DNA of 38,596 nucleotides, taken from Catajapyx aquilonaris (lineage: Eukaryota). The stretch spans positions 1 to 38,596 of the forward strand of contig JYFJ02003712.1 in the NCBI GenBank assembly GCA_000934665.2, in the 5' to 3' direction. The notes beneath the pieces are model-generated. The model was given only the letters and a program-made list of their open reading frames with translations, was not told the origin of the DNA and made no database searches. Numbering within the stretch: the stretch's first letter is position 1; each line of letters begins with the position of its first letter. This document shows positions 1-11,993 of this stretch, piece by piece. Position numbers and translations under genes: made by a program.

Positions 1-969
1 TGAACCTCCAAAAAATGGTTCCTGGAGGGCACAGAAAGATTTCACCCCCATGGCTCCCGTGTATTCAGCTCCAGGATGATTCTATCTATAATATGTGACT
101 ATCTTCCGTCCTGTACGGGCACTGTGTTTGTGGCAAAAAATAAATTGTAAATCATTTTAGTACGGCCCTCGTATTTTGTGGACGGGTCTGTGGTTTGGAT
201 ATAATTTTTGCATCATCATTCTGAGTATGAGGAATTAGCGGTTCACTTTTTATGGTATTGGGATGTTTTTATTCTACTTATTAAATAATCAGCACACGCC
301 ATTGGAAAGCTATGCATGGAGACAATGGGCAAGGCAAATAATCAATATTTCTCTCCATTTTATTCTCCACTAATCATGGAGTTTACAACAGTCCTCTGCC
401 ATTATTATATTTTAATACAAATATTCAAAAGCAATTCAAAGCAATTTTCCCTCATTTGTAGGGCTGCAGGAGTTAGACGAAATATCCAAATATTGTAGAA
501 ATAATATTTTTATAGCAATATTATAAGGAATCCGATTGTCAGAAGTGCACCTTATACATTAAATATTCCAATACATGAAATTAATCATTGTGCAAAACTC
601 CCCGCAGTGTTCGTAAAACGCCCACCCAATAGTAGGCTGCAAGTATAATACCACGCGAAACTTCGATAACAAGATGAGACTTTACAAATTAGCCTCATTT
701 ACTCAAATGACCGTTGGGAAGTGTAATGAGAGCTTCTCTCAAAATAAAGCTAAATTTAGCATAAATTAAGGGTACCGGAAGTGATCATATACCGGTATTA
801 ACTATTATTATCGTTGCACAAGAGCAAAAATATCCGAAGGTGATGTCGAAGAGTTCCAAAATCCTCATGGGTCAGGACTGGAATATACCATAAGCAAACT
901 CGAATGTTTCAAGATCAAGTCCCCGAGCAATTCCCTCTAGGGATCTGCCTGCTATAGGGATGTTTCTAA

Positions 970-1562
970 CAAGGGAAGTGTAAGTGTTGTCAGTGGAGTT
1001 TCTGAATGAAACTTGGCACAATAATATAGGCAGGTAATTTATTAAAGAAAATGCAAACAATTTAGTCGGATGCCCACAAGGTCAAAAGTTATGACCTCTC
1101 GAACTCACATGGGACACTTTCCAAAGTCTCACCGATTTTTTTGAAATTCGGTACATTGGTAGGCCACCCCAAGGGATGAAAAACGCACCTAAAGTGACCT
1201 GCTCAAAATGACCCGGTGACCCATTTTTGGGGGCTACCAATGCACCGAATTTCAAGAAAATGGGTGAGTTTTCGGCATTTAAGAGTTGACCTCTGCCCCC
1301 TCAAAAAGGGGTCACCGGGTCATTTTGAGCAGGTCACTTTAGGTGCGTTTTTCATCCCTTGGGGTGGCCTACCAATGTACCGAATTTTAAAAAAATCGGT
1401 TAGACCTTGGAAAGTGTCTCTTGTGAGTTAGAGAGGTCATAACTTTTGACATTGTGGGCATTCCCCTAAATTGTTTGCATTTTCTTTAATAACTTACCTG
1501 CCTATATTATTGTGCCAAGCTTCATTCAGAAACTCTACGGACAACACTTAACACTTCCCTTG
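970..1562. mobile_element. Long palindromic MITE (Tc1/mariner-like ends)
   Basis: Arms of about 250 bp (caagggaagtg...aaaatgacccggtgacc) are reverse complements; TA on the right, degenerate on the left. Confidence 0.88.
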
Positions 1563-3256
1563 TAAGTAGAGGAACTGATTCTATCTATGAAAAGACAACC
1601 CTGAGCCGTTCCCAGAAGTTATGTCTTAATATATTGGGTCCAAACACCGTCGACGTATATTACCAGTGATTGTATTAGCATTTAGTGTGCTAAATAAACA
1701 GTTACTTGTCCAGCATAATAGGCAACATGATGTAAACAGCTGCAGTAATAATAATTATTGCCACGTGGGTACAGTACCACACGAATAATTTATTGTATGA
1801 CGTAGAAGTCCGAGTCCATACTGAAATAATATCAGTAGACCTAGTTATTCAACACTTAAAAATCGATCTACAAATAAGGTAAATCCACCAATTTGTGCCC
1901 CCCCCCCCCCNCCCCCCCGTTTTTCTCACCCGATTTATGAGCGCCTATGGAAGAAGTTAAATATAGCAAGAATTCAAAACATGTAGCATAGTAATTAACC
2001 ACTTTGGAAGCACTTCCTAATTTCATTTATATGTATATGTAAATGTTTTGAAGGTTACAATTAGTAATTTGAAGATGTCCTTTTCCTCTTGTGGATGTTT
2101 GTTCTAATCATACCGATGCATTTAAAGCGTTAGTGTGGGTATCAGAAATTGGGTACTGAAATCTGTCATTTGCCAATTGATACCCTTAGAAATAGTGTTT
2201 ATTTACATTCGAATGGTTACATTTACAATCGTATTGTAATAGTTTTATTATTATGAAAAGGATCTAAAAGGAACATTCGATGAATAGCCTTTTCAGTCGT
2301 TTACGATGATCGGATCCAATATATTAATGACACCCTCTGTTATAAATAAGATGTTAGGCTGTCAAGATTTGGTATTTCATGCGTTTTCGAGACATATTGA
2401 CATTTTTTTTGGATAATCCGCAACACGGATAATAGGGAGTGCAATGTACATACTCTTCAAAAAGAGGCATAAAATCATCAGTGATAGAGTGAGCCAGACT
2501 CGGACAAAATCCATAACCGCCATCATACCGGAAAAACTGGTTTTAACAACTGATAAAAATAAAAATTCAAAAATTCAGAAATAAAAATTTGTATCATAAA
2601 ATGGACAAAAACAGGTGTCATAAAGTGGATTGAGGGTGTCACAAAAGGGTCGAGATGCAGCATGATAGCAAAATTCACTTTGTGCTGTAATCAGTAGGCT
2701 ATGCAGTAACTAAAGTAAAACACAGATTCAGGTAGAGCACGAAATGGACTATCCAGACATGTCTGCAACATTCTTTTTTTCTTTTGGGTGTTACGCGCAG
2801 AACCCAAAATCCGTATTTTTTCCCTTAAGATGGTGTATAAATTGGCAGGTTTACCTTAAGTGTTATTTCGACGAAATCTAAACGCAAAAGTGGAAGGAAA
2901 CTGCTTTTGCTGGGACATGTGACATGTGGTCGTGAATGTATAGCCTATATTTGAGAGATTTGCTTAATAAATGCGATAAATGAACAATGCTACTGCCGTC
3001 AGTTGCATCTATTGTTTCTTCTATTGTTGCTATTAGCAACTTGCACCATGTATCATACTTACAATCATTCCCCTGGGCATGGTACTTCCGAGTCAGTCCC
3101 TAGTATGATGATTGCAAATAAACAAACAAGTCAACCATGAATAATATTATGGAATACTGTCATCTGGATTTTCCATTGTCACTAAAGGTTGCCATAGATA
3201 TTGATCAGTTAGTTCAGTGACTCATTCGATTTAGACCCGAAATTTTTAATTCGCAG

Positions 3257-3616
3257 TGATGAAGTGACAAAATCCGTAAGTTGGTGACCTTTATTGCCTA
3301 TCAAATCATAACCAAACTTTGGTTTGACATCTTTAATGGCATTTCTATAGAGAAATACTTCAACTGAAACGGGTTGGGTTTTCCAGTCCCCAAAGTACGA
3401 CGTGTCGAATACCTCATCCATTGTTAAAATTTAACGTCAAAATATGCCTCAATTACAGAGAAAGAGACGAGTAACATGCCCGGACCAAAACGCACTGATG
3501 AAGGAAATATGTTTGTTGAAGGTGATGCTCCTACCAGGTCCATACCCATCAGAGGCCCAGTTGTATCCTTAAAGGGTGTTTCGGAAACCTCTCTCAATGG
3601 TCAAATTCCTGTAAAT
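3257..3616 (+). CDS. Candidate micro-exon chain of an unidentified plus-strand gene (exons 3257-3275, 3351-3372, 3459-3616)
   Basis: Three AG/GT-bounded segments (19, 22 and 158 nt; introns of 75 and 86 nt) join in phase into DEVTKS-RNTSTET-EKETSNMPGPKRTDEGNMFVEGDAPTRSIPIRGPVVSLKGVSETSLNGQIPVN, ending at gtaagt. No family recognised. Confidence 0.5.
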
Positions 3617-3767
3617 GTAAGTAAGGTATGCGGTGAAGGGTTATTCTGGCCAACAGTTAGCCTATATGGCCATACACATCTGACTATGAAGGAGTCTTTC
3701 CATAGTTATGTATATGACACAGAAATACACTGGAAGTCCTGACTCCGAACCAAACGAATGTTTCGTC

Positions 3768-4057
3768 CAAAGAGTTCTGCTATATTATATATACACCTAG
3801 AGGAGGTACTCGGCCTGAAATGTGAGGCAGGCAACAATGCAGGCAACAATATGACCTCCAACAAGATGGCGGACGCCTGACATTATTGAACTAATTGTCG
3901 CCCAGTTGTCATTATTGCTTGTTGTCCCAGTTGCTAGACAACTGTTAGAACAACAATATGACCTCCAACAAGATGGCGGCTGCCTCAGCCTGTCTAATGG
4001 AAAAGGATAGGGAGTACCTCCTCTAGGTATTATATTATATAATAGCAGAACTCTTTG
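3768..4057. mobile_element. MITE with 8-bp TSD (P-element- or hAT-like)
   Basis: TIR CAAAGAGTTCTGCTAT...ACCTAGAGGAGGTACTC; TSD gtttcgtc (3760-3767, 4058-4065); internal direct repeat caacaatatgacctccaacaagatggcgg, present twice. Confidence 0.88.
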
Positions 4058-4234
4058 GTTTCGTCATATTCATTTTTCCACTGCATACAGTTACAGTAGC
4101 AGTAGGCCAAGTTTAAGTATAGGCCCAAATGGTTCACTGCGTCACCCAGGACCCATCAAACTGTGTTATGGAACATCCTCTCCAAGGGAGCATTGTACAG
4201 TGCTGTAGCCTACATAACCTGTACTTTTCCGCAG

Positions 4235-4528
4235 CCGCCACAGCAGGAGATTGACTACGAGACCATCGGAAACTTCGGCTCAGAGTCAGGAACAGACCAG
4301 GCGACGATCGGGAACAGCTCATCAGTCGGGACCATAGGTGATTTCATATCGGATCAGGACCTAGGTCTATCAGAAATGGACGAGGAGCTATGGGAAAATG
4401 GGGCAGACGACCGAGATCCACCGCGTGCAAGACCGCGTGAGCTCGCTCCGTGGAACGAAGACGTCCGTCGCAGTTACCCATCGTCAGAGTCTGATTCGAC
4501 AGAGTTTACATTGCCAGACAATCTGTAG
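4235..4528 (+). CDS. Candidate terminal exon (acidic, low complexity) of the plus-strand gene, or a TE-derived ORF
   Basis: Acceptor acttttccgcag, then a phase-0 open frame PPQQEIDYETIGNFGSESG...TEFTLPDNL*, compatible with the phase-0 donor at 3617. Confidence 0.4.
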   Translation, partial: PPQQEIDYETIGNFGSESGTDQATIGNSSSVGTIGDFISDQDLGLSEMDEELWENGADDRDPPRARPRELAPWNEDVRRSYPSSESDSTEFTLPDNL

Positions 4529-5337
4529 ATACTTTTTAAAAATCCAAAATTGATGCTTTAGACCAATTTTCATTTCATTTTAGGTTTAGTCCGGCCAGGC
4601 GTCGCATACCGTACACAACGTAGGTCACACTGACCTCGTATTTTTTTATCCCCCTGCCCCCAGCATAGCCCGCTTACAAGTTAGTCACTCTCACTTTTTA
4701 ACATCACTCAAATTGACTTGTTAAAATTTTAATTATAGTGCAGGTTTGTTTTGTTAAAAATGCGGATAAGGCAATCAGGGAACTCGGTTCTCATTACTGA
4801 CTCGAACAATTTCATGTGACATTTGACTTCCATTCCGGATGTGGGTTCAGATATTTTCGTATTCATGCGAGAATTTTATGCATGAACGGTAGGATATACA
4901 CTGTACTCCCGATTATCCGGGCTAATATATGCACTGATGTCGCCGGATAAGCGGAAAACACAGATAAGTTAATCCGAAAATGGTCCTAGATACCGTAAAA
5001 ATGCTATGGTTGCAAAAGAGTTACAACCAACCAAGACACAGTGATGAGTGATCAAAATAATTATTACAAAAATTTACGTATAAGCGGCAGGATTTCCACG
5101 AAATATTGTAGTGAGCCCTCAAAATATCCCCATTATAAGACCTGTCACTCACTTGTCAGACCAAGAGGAAGCAATGCTCTGGCCCTGCCATGAAACAGTA
5201 GTTGTTCTTTGTTCCACATCCCCGCTGTAACCCGAACCCCTGACTGAAGACGGGTAAGAATGGCCTTCCAAGTGTTTATGGCAGGGAAACTCATCCAGTC
5301 GAGAAGAAGGCTGGGCTCTACATTATACGAATATTGT

Positions 5338-5380
<43 letters not shown>
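5338..5380 (+). repeat. (CAA)n microsatellite, possibly a retroposon tail
   Basis: About 14 perfect units. Confidence 0.9.
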
Positions 5381-5382
<2 letters not shown>

Positions 5383-6625
5383 TTTGAGAAGTCTCATTGT
5401 TACAGGTGCATCTTATTCATTAAACATGCCCGTTTATAAAATTAATGATTGTGCAATATTAATTTTCTGGACTGTACGTAAATAACCCAACCAATGCAAT
5501 GGTAGCATAACCCCCTATAAATAAATTGGAAATAATTAAAAGGGACTTCTGTTACTGCAACCTGCGGACACAAGTGAAACAGCGTTTCTCTCCGGAAAGT
5601 AGACCTTGTCCTTGCCACATCCTTTGGCGCATGAACTTTATTTCAGTGTCTATCAAAACAACAACGACAACATCACGACATTTCCCTATACGGGGCAGTC
5701 AGCGATGAAGGGAGGTCTGTTCCTGGTCTATCAAAACCACTAGCATATAAATCTACGATGACATTAATTGCTGCACAGAGGCAAAAGGGTCGTCCACAAA
5801 AAGGTGCACACTGGTCCATGTACCACTGTGCCCCAGAGGGAAGCAACTGACGCGACGTTATGAATCGCAGCTTCCATTGCAAATTACGCTTTCCAAATTT
5901 CCAGCATTTATGCACAAAGGATGACACTATATTCAACAACATTTTTACAGCAGGGTCATGCCCACCATCTACGCCTGGCATGGCATTTAAAGTGTGGGTT
6001 AGAAGTAACTTCACTATCCTTCAAGTAGATTTCCCCTGATACAGCAGGATCGCAGGCACCTCACAGGAGACTGTCATCGCATGTTTACAGGATGCACAAT
6101 AGTGACTGGTTTCACGAGGTACCAGATGAAGATGTTATTCTGGTTTCTTATATTTTTAAAATATAAAGGACCACTGTGCCTCGTGGACCACTGTGCCCCA
6201 CTCTCCCCTACCGGCCAGGATATTTTGCACCTTGTGTTTGAAGCAAGGTTTATGAAGCCCATTATCTCGGTAACTATACTGCGGAAACCCATCACCATGA
6301 CTGTAACTTTAAATGATCGTTTACAACCCATCTACCATCTCCCAAAGTACGTGCACGCTATTTTTCCGCATCCTGTACGTACAGTACATACGATATGCAG
6401 TTCATATGATACCGTAACGTAAAAGTGCACAATCAAACAAGGCTTGTGAATAGTTACACAAACTCTCTACGGTAATAATCTCTTTGGAAATTGTAGAACT
6501 CTTAAGCAGACCCAAATTAAAATTTAAAAAAAAACACTGAATTACAGCCTGACTTCATTTCACAAATAACAGGGTAATTCAAATTCAGCGCCCATTAAGT
6601 CACAAAATTATGAACTAAACTGTTT

Positions 6626-6912
6626 GGGTGGAATTTTCATCCCACTGATAGTTACTGCTAACTTAGCAGTACCAGTGTTTTATTTATTTATTTATTTAAA
6701 TACCCCGTAATAGGGCCCGAGGGCCTCTTAGGGGGGAAGGGGAGGTTCCCAAGAGAGGGCGTTGTAATTATAGCCATTTCTGACTTTCTGAAATGCACCA
6801 GACCTTTTCTCCTGGCCCTGGGCAGAGTAAGGAGTGCAATTCTAGCAGTACCAGTGTTGGCAATGGTACTGCTAAGTTAGCAGTAACTATCAGTGAGACG
6901 AAAATTCCACCC
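6626..6912. mobile_element. Short palindromic MITE (host of the 6680 insertion)
   Basis: Arms gggtggaattttc(a/g)tc(c/t)cactgatagttactgctaacttagcagtacca and their reverse complement; possible 3-bp TSD (ttt). Confidence 0.8.
6680..6842 (-). mobile_element. 5'-truncated retroposon 3' end inserted in a MITE
   Basis: 16-bp TSD tagcagtaccagtgtt (6664-6679, 6843-6858); (TAAA)n tail on the minus strand. Confidence 0.85.
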
Positions 6913-7759
6913 TTTATGTACACTACGGCATGAAGTGAATACAATGTTCGTCATTGTAAAGTACACGAAAGACGGCGTGTAGGGCTGCCGTACGTGCACG
7001 TGAATACCCAGACACTTGCGTAACATTCGAGTCAGAGACAGAACTAGAGCTCAACCCGATACCGTACCCGAATTACTCGGATCCTATTCCTATAATACAA
7101 CTCCATTACTGTGGCCTTTACTATCCCTTGTGAGCTAACAAAATAATCAGCATTAGTTTTTAAACACGATTAATTAAAATCGTTGACCACACTGCGTATT
7201 ACAGAAACCCCATCTCACTCATTTCATCCGGATAAAATATTAATACTGCACTTTAGCCCACCCATTATATGGGAGCCGCCAATCAAGGTCCACCCATCCA
7301 AATAGTTTTTAATGGAAGCCCCCACCTGGCCGTAATCCTTGGGCAAAGGAAGCGGATGAACGGTGTCTTGGTCTCTATCTTGCGGCAAATCCGGCGAAGC
7401 GGCCGGATTTTCTCAGTTTATGGCGGGCCCAAGAAAGTAAACAGAGCTCCAAATTAGAGGCGTGTGAGTGCAGCTCACATCGCCTTGCCTTTCTCCTAAC
7501 ACCCTAAGCCTTCCTTTTGTCTCGGATCTACTTCAAACACCAGATCCAATTTATCGTGCGGATAAGCAGCTCAACCCTCCTCTTTCTTTTCCGCCTCATC
7601 TTACTCCGCTACACTGGAAATGGTTTTACAACACCTATACATTCATAAGATGGCTACGGTTCAGATGAAATCAAAACCTTTAGACGTAATCCAATATACG
7701 TATATATTTTTCTTTTTCATCGTGAAGTATGCTTACATTGTTCCATTGTGACAACACAG

Positions 7760-7837
7760 CCACCTGCCGGATTGGAAGGTCAAACCTCCCCAGCAGGTCA
7801 AAATGGAAACTCGCGTCAAAGCCCAGGCAATTCCTAG
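7760..7837 (+). CDS. Candidate alternative terminal exon of the plus-strand gene
   Basis: acaacacag acceptor; phase-0 frame PPAGLEGQTSPAGQNGNSRQSPGNS*, phase-compatible with donor 3617. Short, so it could be chance. Confidence 0.3.
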   Translation, partial: PPAGLEGQTSPAGQNGNSRQSPGNS

Positions 7838-8351
7838 TCGAGCAAGCATGATCTGCTCTAGCAACCAGGCTTTTTGCTGGTCGTTCGAAGAGCCTTACTT
7901 TCTTCGTAAATATTCATTCATTGACATTACTGCTGGAGAATTAAGCCTCAAGGGCTGGCCAATATAAAGCTAGAGAAGATCCTTTTGCTTGGTTCTCCAG
8001 CCCGGAAAATGTGGGCGGTAAAGAAGCTTTAAAAATGACGACTGATATGCAGATTGAAACGACTCTCGCTGGAAGTTTCGCCTTTTCCTTGACTTTCAAC
8101 TTGAGGCAATTAACTTGAGAAAAGAAGCCGCTTGCCAGACTAGAACTTGCAGGGCAGATCCACTCACAGGAAATCATAAGCATCACAATATTTTTTTGTT
8201 TTAAATCTCCGGGGCAACCAAGGTCTCACAAATATTTTCGACTTCGCCACCAATCGAATCCACAGTCAAGTGTTTTCGGCCTGCTTTGAGAATTTTTCTC
8301 CCCACTGTATTCAATGAACTCCCTGAGTTGCCCCGACCACAAAGAGACAGT

Positions 8352-8629
8352 TCACAGCGACAATGAGTTGCCCGACTTGACCAAACCTATGCCCTCCAAA
8401 TAATGGCGGCATCCATGAGGCAAATTGGCGTGACCCAAGGCGAATCCGAAGCATGACTCGGCGTAGAAGTGACGCAAATCCTCGCCCACGCCAAACTCCA
8501 GAAAGCGTCGTAGGGGCAACAAGTGGGTTTGAGGTGCTGTCCAGAAGGTCAGGAAGTCTTCCAGTACATGATGCATTCGACGTGGTCGTGGTAGTGGCAT
8601 CTTGCTTGGTTTTCGTGACATGTCCCCCT
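8352..8629 (-). CDS. FOXRED2: FOXRED2 last coding exon
   Basis: ggacag|(E)GDMSRKPSKMPLPRPRRMHHVLEDFLTFWTAPQTHLLPLRRFLE...DLRHFYAESCFGFAL...GLVKSGNSLSL*; TGA at 8354-8352. Confidence 0.94.
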
Positions 8630-8974
8630 CTGTCCAGGAGTAATCAATGTAATGGCTTCAAGACATAACGTTATTCCATTGATGCCATCTTGTTTATAAA
8701 TCTCAGTGAAATGTTATGCAAGCGTACACCCACACGTCATTGCGCAAATTCAAATTATTTGGCATTTCGCATTTGGCTACAAGTTAGCCTCTGGCCTTCA
8801 CATGAAATCACAAATTCAGACCCAAAATTAGCCTCCAGCCACAGCAACAAACAGAGAGCTGCAATGTACCGCATATGCAACAGACAATCGACACTTGCCA
8901 TCGTCCTCACGCGTACTGAAAATTGATCCGCTGGCAGTGACTGGTACTGATACATTAAAGATAAACCAACCAAC

Positions 8975-9213
8975 CTGTGGGCAGAGACTGATAGTAATAG
9001 ATGACAGGGTGGAGGAAATTGGATCGATGTGCCTCCAGAGGGTCCCCAGTGGCTCTGTCCACCCGGAAAGTGTCCTTATCCGGTCCCGAGAAGTCCGGAC
9101 CGTACTCCAGAAGCACCACGATGATCTCTTCCACGTCGTGGCCCGTCATTTCCGGGAATCGATGCAGTAGTGGAGCCGGAAACTCTTGGTAGTGGTCCAC
9201 TTGGCTTCCATTG
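8975..9213 (-). CDS. FOXRED2: FOXRED2 coding exon
   Basis: ttggcag|NGSQVDHYQEFP...EYGPDFSGPDKDTFRVDRATGDPLEAHRSNFLHPVIYYYQSLPT|gttggt; 239 nt, phase 2 to 1. Confidence 0.95.
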
Positions 9214-9592
9214 CTGCCAAAAGCATCAGGTCAAAGCTCATCAACTGGCCTCTGTTCAATCGTCATTCATCCTGATAATTACTAGTCGGACAACACCTAT
9301 ATGTAAGGCCAATTTCATAATGATGACAAACCTGAAAATTTTGATCACCATGTCAGAAACAGGCCTTACCTGGACCCTCCAACTTGATTAGTTGAGCATG
9401 TGGAGGCACCCCTTTCTCTCTTGCTAATTAACAGACTTCACCTCCACACGACAACACCAAAAGCCAGACCAAAAGAGGAAATGAAGATATTTTCTCGGGC
9501 ACCCCCCCACCCTCCCCCCAACCCTTCACCGGAACAGGTCTAAACAAGTTGAGCGATTGGTTCTAAATGAGCGTGGGTAGGAATATACGTAC

Positions 9593-9758
9593 TTTCTGAG
9601 AGCTATGACGTCGCAAAGCAGTCCGAACATTTGGTACAGACCAGCCGCTTGGTTAATACGGGTCACCACCAGGTCGAGCAAATGAGTGATGGGATATCGC
9701 TGTCCAGGCCATTTCACACCGAAGTCTCGATACTCCAGGAGACGATGTAGGACACGTG
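9593..9758 (-). CDS. FOXRED2: FOXRED2 coding exon
   Basis: ttatcag|(A)RVLHRLLEYRDFGVKWPGQRYPITHLLDLVVTRINQAAGLYQMFGLLCDVIALR|gtacgt; 166 nt, phase 1 to 2. Confidence 0.95.
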
Positions 9759-10246
9759 CTGATAATGAGTAAAATGCATCGTTTAGTAACTGTAGTCTAC
9801 ATATGTAGCCTGAGGGTTACACCCTCGTGTGAGTGTGCAAATCGGCTTCATATTATTTCGGAGCATCGAGTTTAATTAGGGAGATGCTACGTCACGTTGG
9901 ATATCAAATTATACGGTCGGGCGTGATTTATCGCGCGTTAAATCGCACGATATGGAAACGGGCTCGACATTTATATGGGTGCGAGGAACCCTCTGAAATA
10001 CGAGCTTATTCATTAGTATCTCTACTGCGCACTATTTTTCATAGAAAAAATGGATCAATGATTGTCTTTTCTAAATGGCGCATTACTACGAGCTATTCAT
10101 GGTCAAGGTCTGCTTTAAAAATGAATTTCTAGGGAGAAAACCACTGGCGGTTAAAATGTTTTTTCTTCCGAGCCCCTCAAATATGGCAAGCCCATGTCGC
10201 ATATCGACCCATGTAATAGGCCTCTCATGCAATTGAGGACACTCAC

Positions 10247-10410
10247 CCGTGTATCTGAATCCATGTATGAATCCACCGGCGGACTTTCGAAAGTCCAGCG
10301 AGTGTGTGATCGTTCCTGTGAAGAAAAGTCCCGAGACAGTCTGAGATTCGTAGTTGTATTTGATGGCAGGATACTTGGCCTTCTTCTTGGAATATCCTGG
10401 ATTTGAGGAG
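10247..10410 (-). CDS. FOXRED2: FOXRED2 coding exon (frame not shown in ORF track)
   Basis: tacacag|[54 protein letters not shown]|gtgagt; 164 nt, phase 2 to 1; hallmark [13 protein letters not shown]. Confidence 0.96.
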
Positions 10411-10884
10411 CTGTGTAGAGGAAATGGAGGAGAAACAACGAGTTAGTAAACTGCTCATTTTCGTTTCCGCCAACCAAATTGTAACAGGCGCCGTATTCAA
10501 AATGAGGTAATGAGGCAGAGACATCTTTTCCGACAATCTAAGCTCCTTAGAAAATGCAAAGCACAGTCGCTCAGGCATTTCATGGCGATATTCTTCTTGA
10601 AATTGCATTACACAGCGATCTCTTGGGGACCCTTTAGTAGAAGGGAAGAAAATTGAGGCCGCAAACTCTCGGCAATGGAGCGACTATAGTCCAAAGAAAA
10701 TCCGACCTTTTGTTTCTCGTCAGTAAAGGAACAATTCTCAAATTGTTTTTTTACCATGTTTTCTACGAATTTTTCTTATAGATTGTGTGGTAAAAGTATG
10801 CACAAAGTATGTCACGCTAGTAGTGGGTCAGGGTGACGAACCGTGACATGATGTAACCAGGGTCGTATAAGCCGTATTAAAACA

Positions 10885-10905
10885 GTTATCTGAGAGCACA
10901 GGCTT

Positions 10906-10934
<29 letters not shown>
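10885..10934 (+). mobile_element. Tiny retroposon 3' remnant
   Basis: About 20 nt of unique sequence plus (TAAA)n, flanked by the 10-bp direct repeat tattaaaaca (10875-10884, 10935-10944). Confidence 0.6.
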
Positions 10935-10936
<2 letters not shown>

Positions 10937-11993
10937 TTAAAACAAAGTTGGTTCATTTGACTGGGAAGAGCCGCCGCACATTAGTAATTTAATGACTCAG
11001 CAACAAGAGAAGTAGCCTAAACCACGTAAACATACAGTACATAAAGCTATCAGAATGAAGTCATGATCATAATGCCGCGCAAAAATGACAATTTTACATA
11101 ACCCACAGGCGGCTCCTCGTTTCATTTTATGTTAGTGTCCAAATATTGGTGAAAACGCAGGCAGGGTGAACTGTGTATACAAGCGACCACCATAGTCATG
11201 GCCGGCTGATGCGAGAAACTGATGCACATTGCACCGTGTTGGAGCTTGAAGTTAGAAGCGGGTCCGCCCCCCCCCCCACCCCCTCCAAGCGCATTGTCCA
11301 CAAGTCACGTTTCACTGTTCCCATGCCTGCTGCCATAAATTGTGCACAATCTTCTTGTCGCATCGAAGCGCACTTTTTCTCCCTGGTAACCAGAATTACC
11401 ACGTCAAATGCTACCAGTTGCTGGCTGACAGTTTTTCATTTTTAGACCATTTGTGGTAGACGTAGTTGACCAATTGTTGACTTTGACAGATCTCTCAAGA
11501 GCGTCTTTCTTACTATTCTTATTTCTGATGTAAAAGGTGGTTGCAAATCGCCTTTCCACAAGCAAACAGAGTGCTCAGGAATAGAATAAAAGCCTGACTG
11601 TCGACAGTCTATTTGCAGTAGTTATCACGTTACTGCTCATGACTGGTCAGTAATTAACACTACAAAAGTGATTAATGGACTACTTGGCCTCTCCCAGTAT
11701 CGCCATATTTGCATGACTATCGTGGTTCCAATACGATGTGAAAGTAATGAGGGGGACCTAAAGTAAACAGTTGTTTTCAGTATTATTTTACTGGGCTTAC
11801 GCAGCAAATGACGTCAGCCGAAATGTCCCACATCGCTCTTGGTTATAGTGACTTATACTGACACTTTTACGGCTCAAGTGACGTGCTAGCTATGCCAAAT
11901 AATGGGCACAAAAAAATCCAATTTTACGCTTTTCTTGCCAGTCGAAGAAATCGCCGCCAGAATAATCGTTGGCGCAGCACATGCTGTAATTTG

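Noticed and set aside
822..980. Plus-strand exon ending at gtaagt (980)
   Set aside because: All three frames contain stops, and the apparent donor lies inside the MITE TIR.
1898..1918. Poly-C run with an N
   Set aside because: Low-quality homopolymer or assembly ambiguity in an old TE remnant.
3209..3421. Minus-strand 70-aa ORF with a kinase-like look (YFGDWKTQPVSV)
   Set aside because: There is no catalytic Lys, HRD or DFG and a stop lies just upstream; the plus-strand micro-exon model explains the region better.
5240..5300. Hammerhead ribozyme (CTGAAGA...GAAA)
   Set aside because: Stems II and III cannot be formed; the other CTGATGA sites I checked also lack the core geometry.
5673..6331. 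ORFs sharing a GAQW motif
   Set aside because: The motif comes from repeated ccactgtgcccc sub-terminal units of a decayed DNA transposon (end ccactctccccta near 6210); the boundaries are too unclear to call.
8220..8354. TGA read-through or selenocysteine extension of FOXRED2
   Set aside because: The downstream frame is unremarkable, has no retrieval signal, and I see no SECIS-like hairpin.
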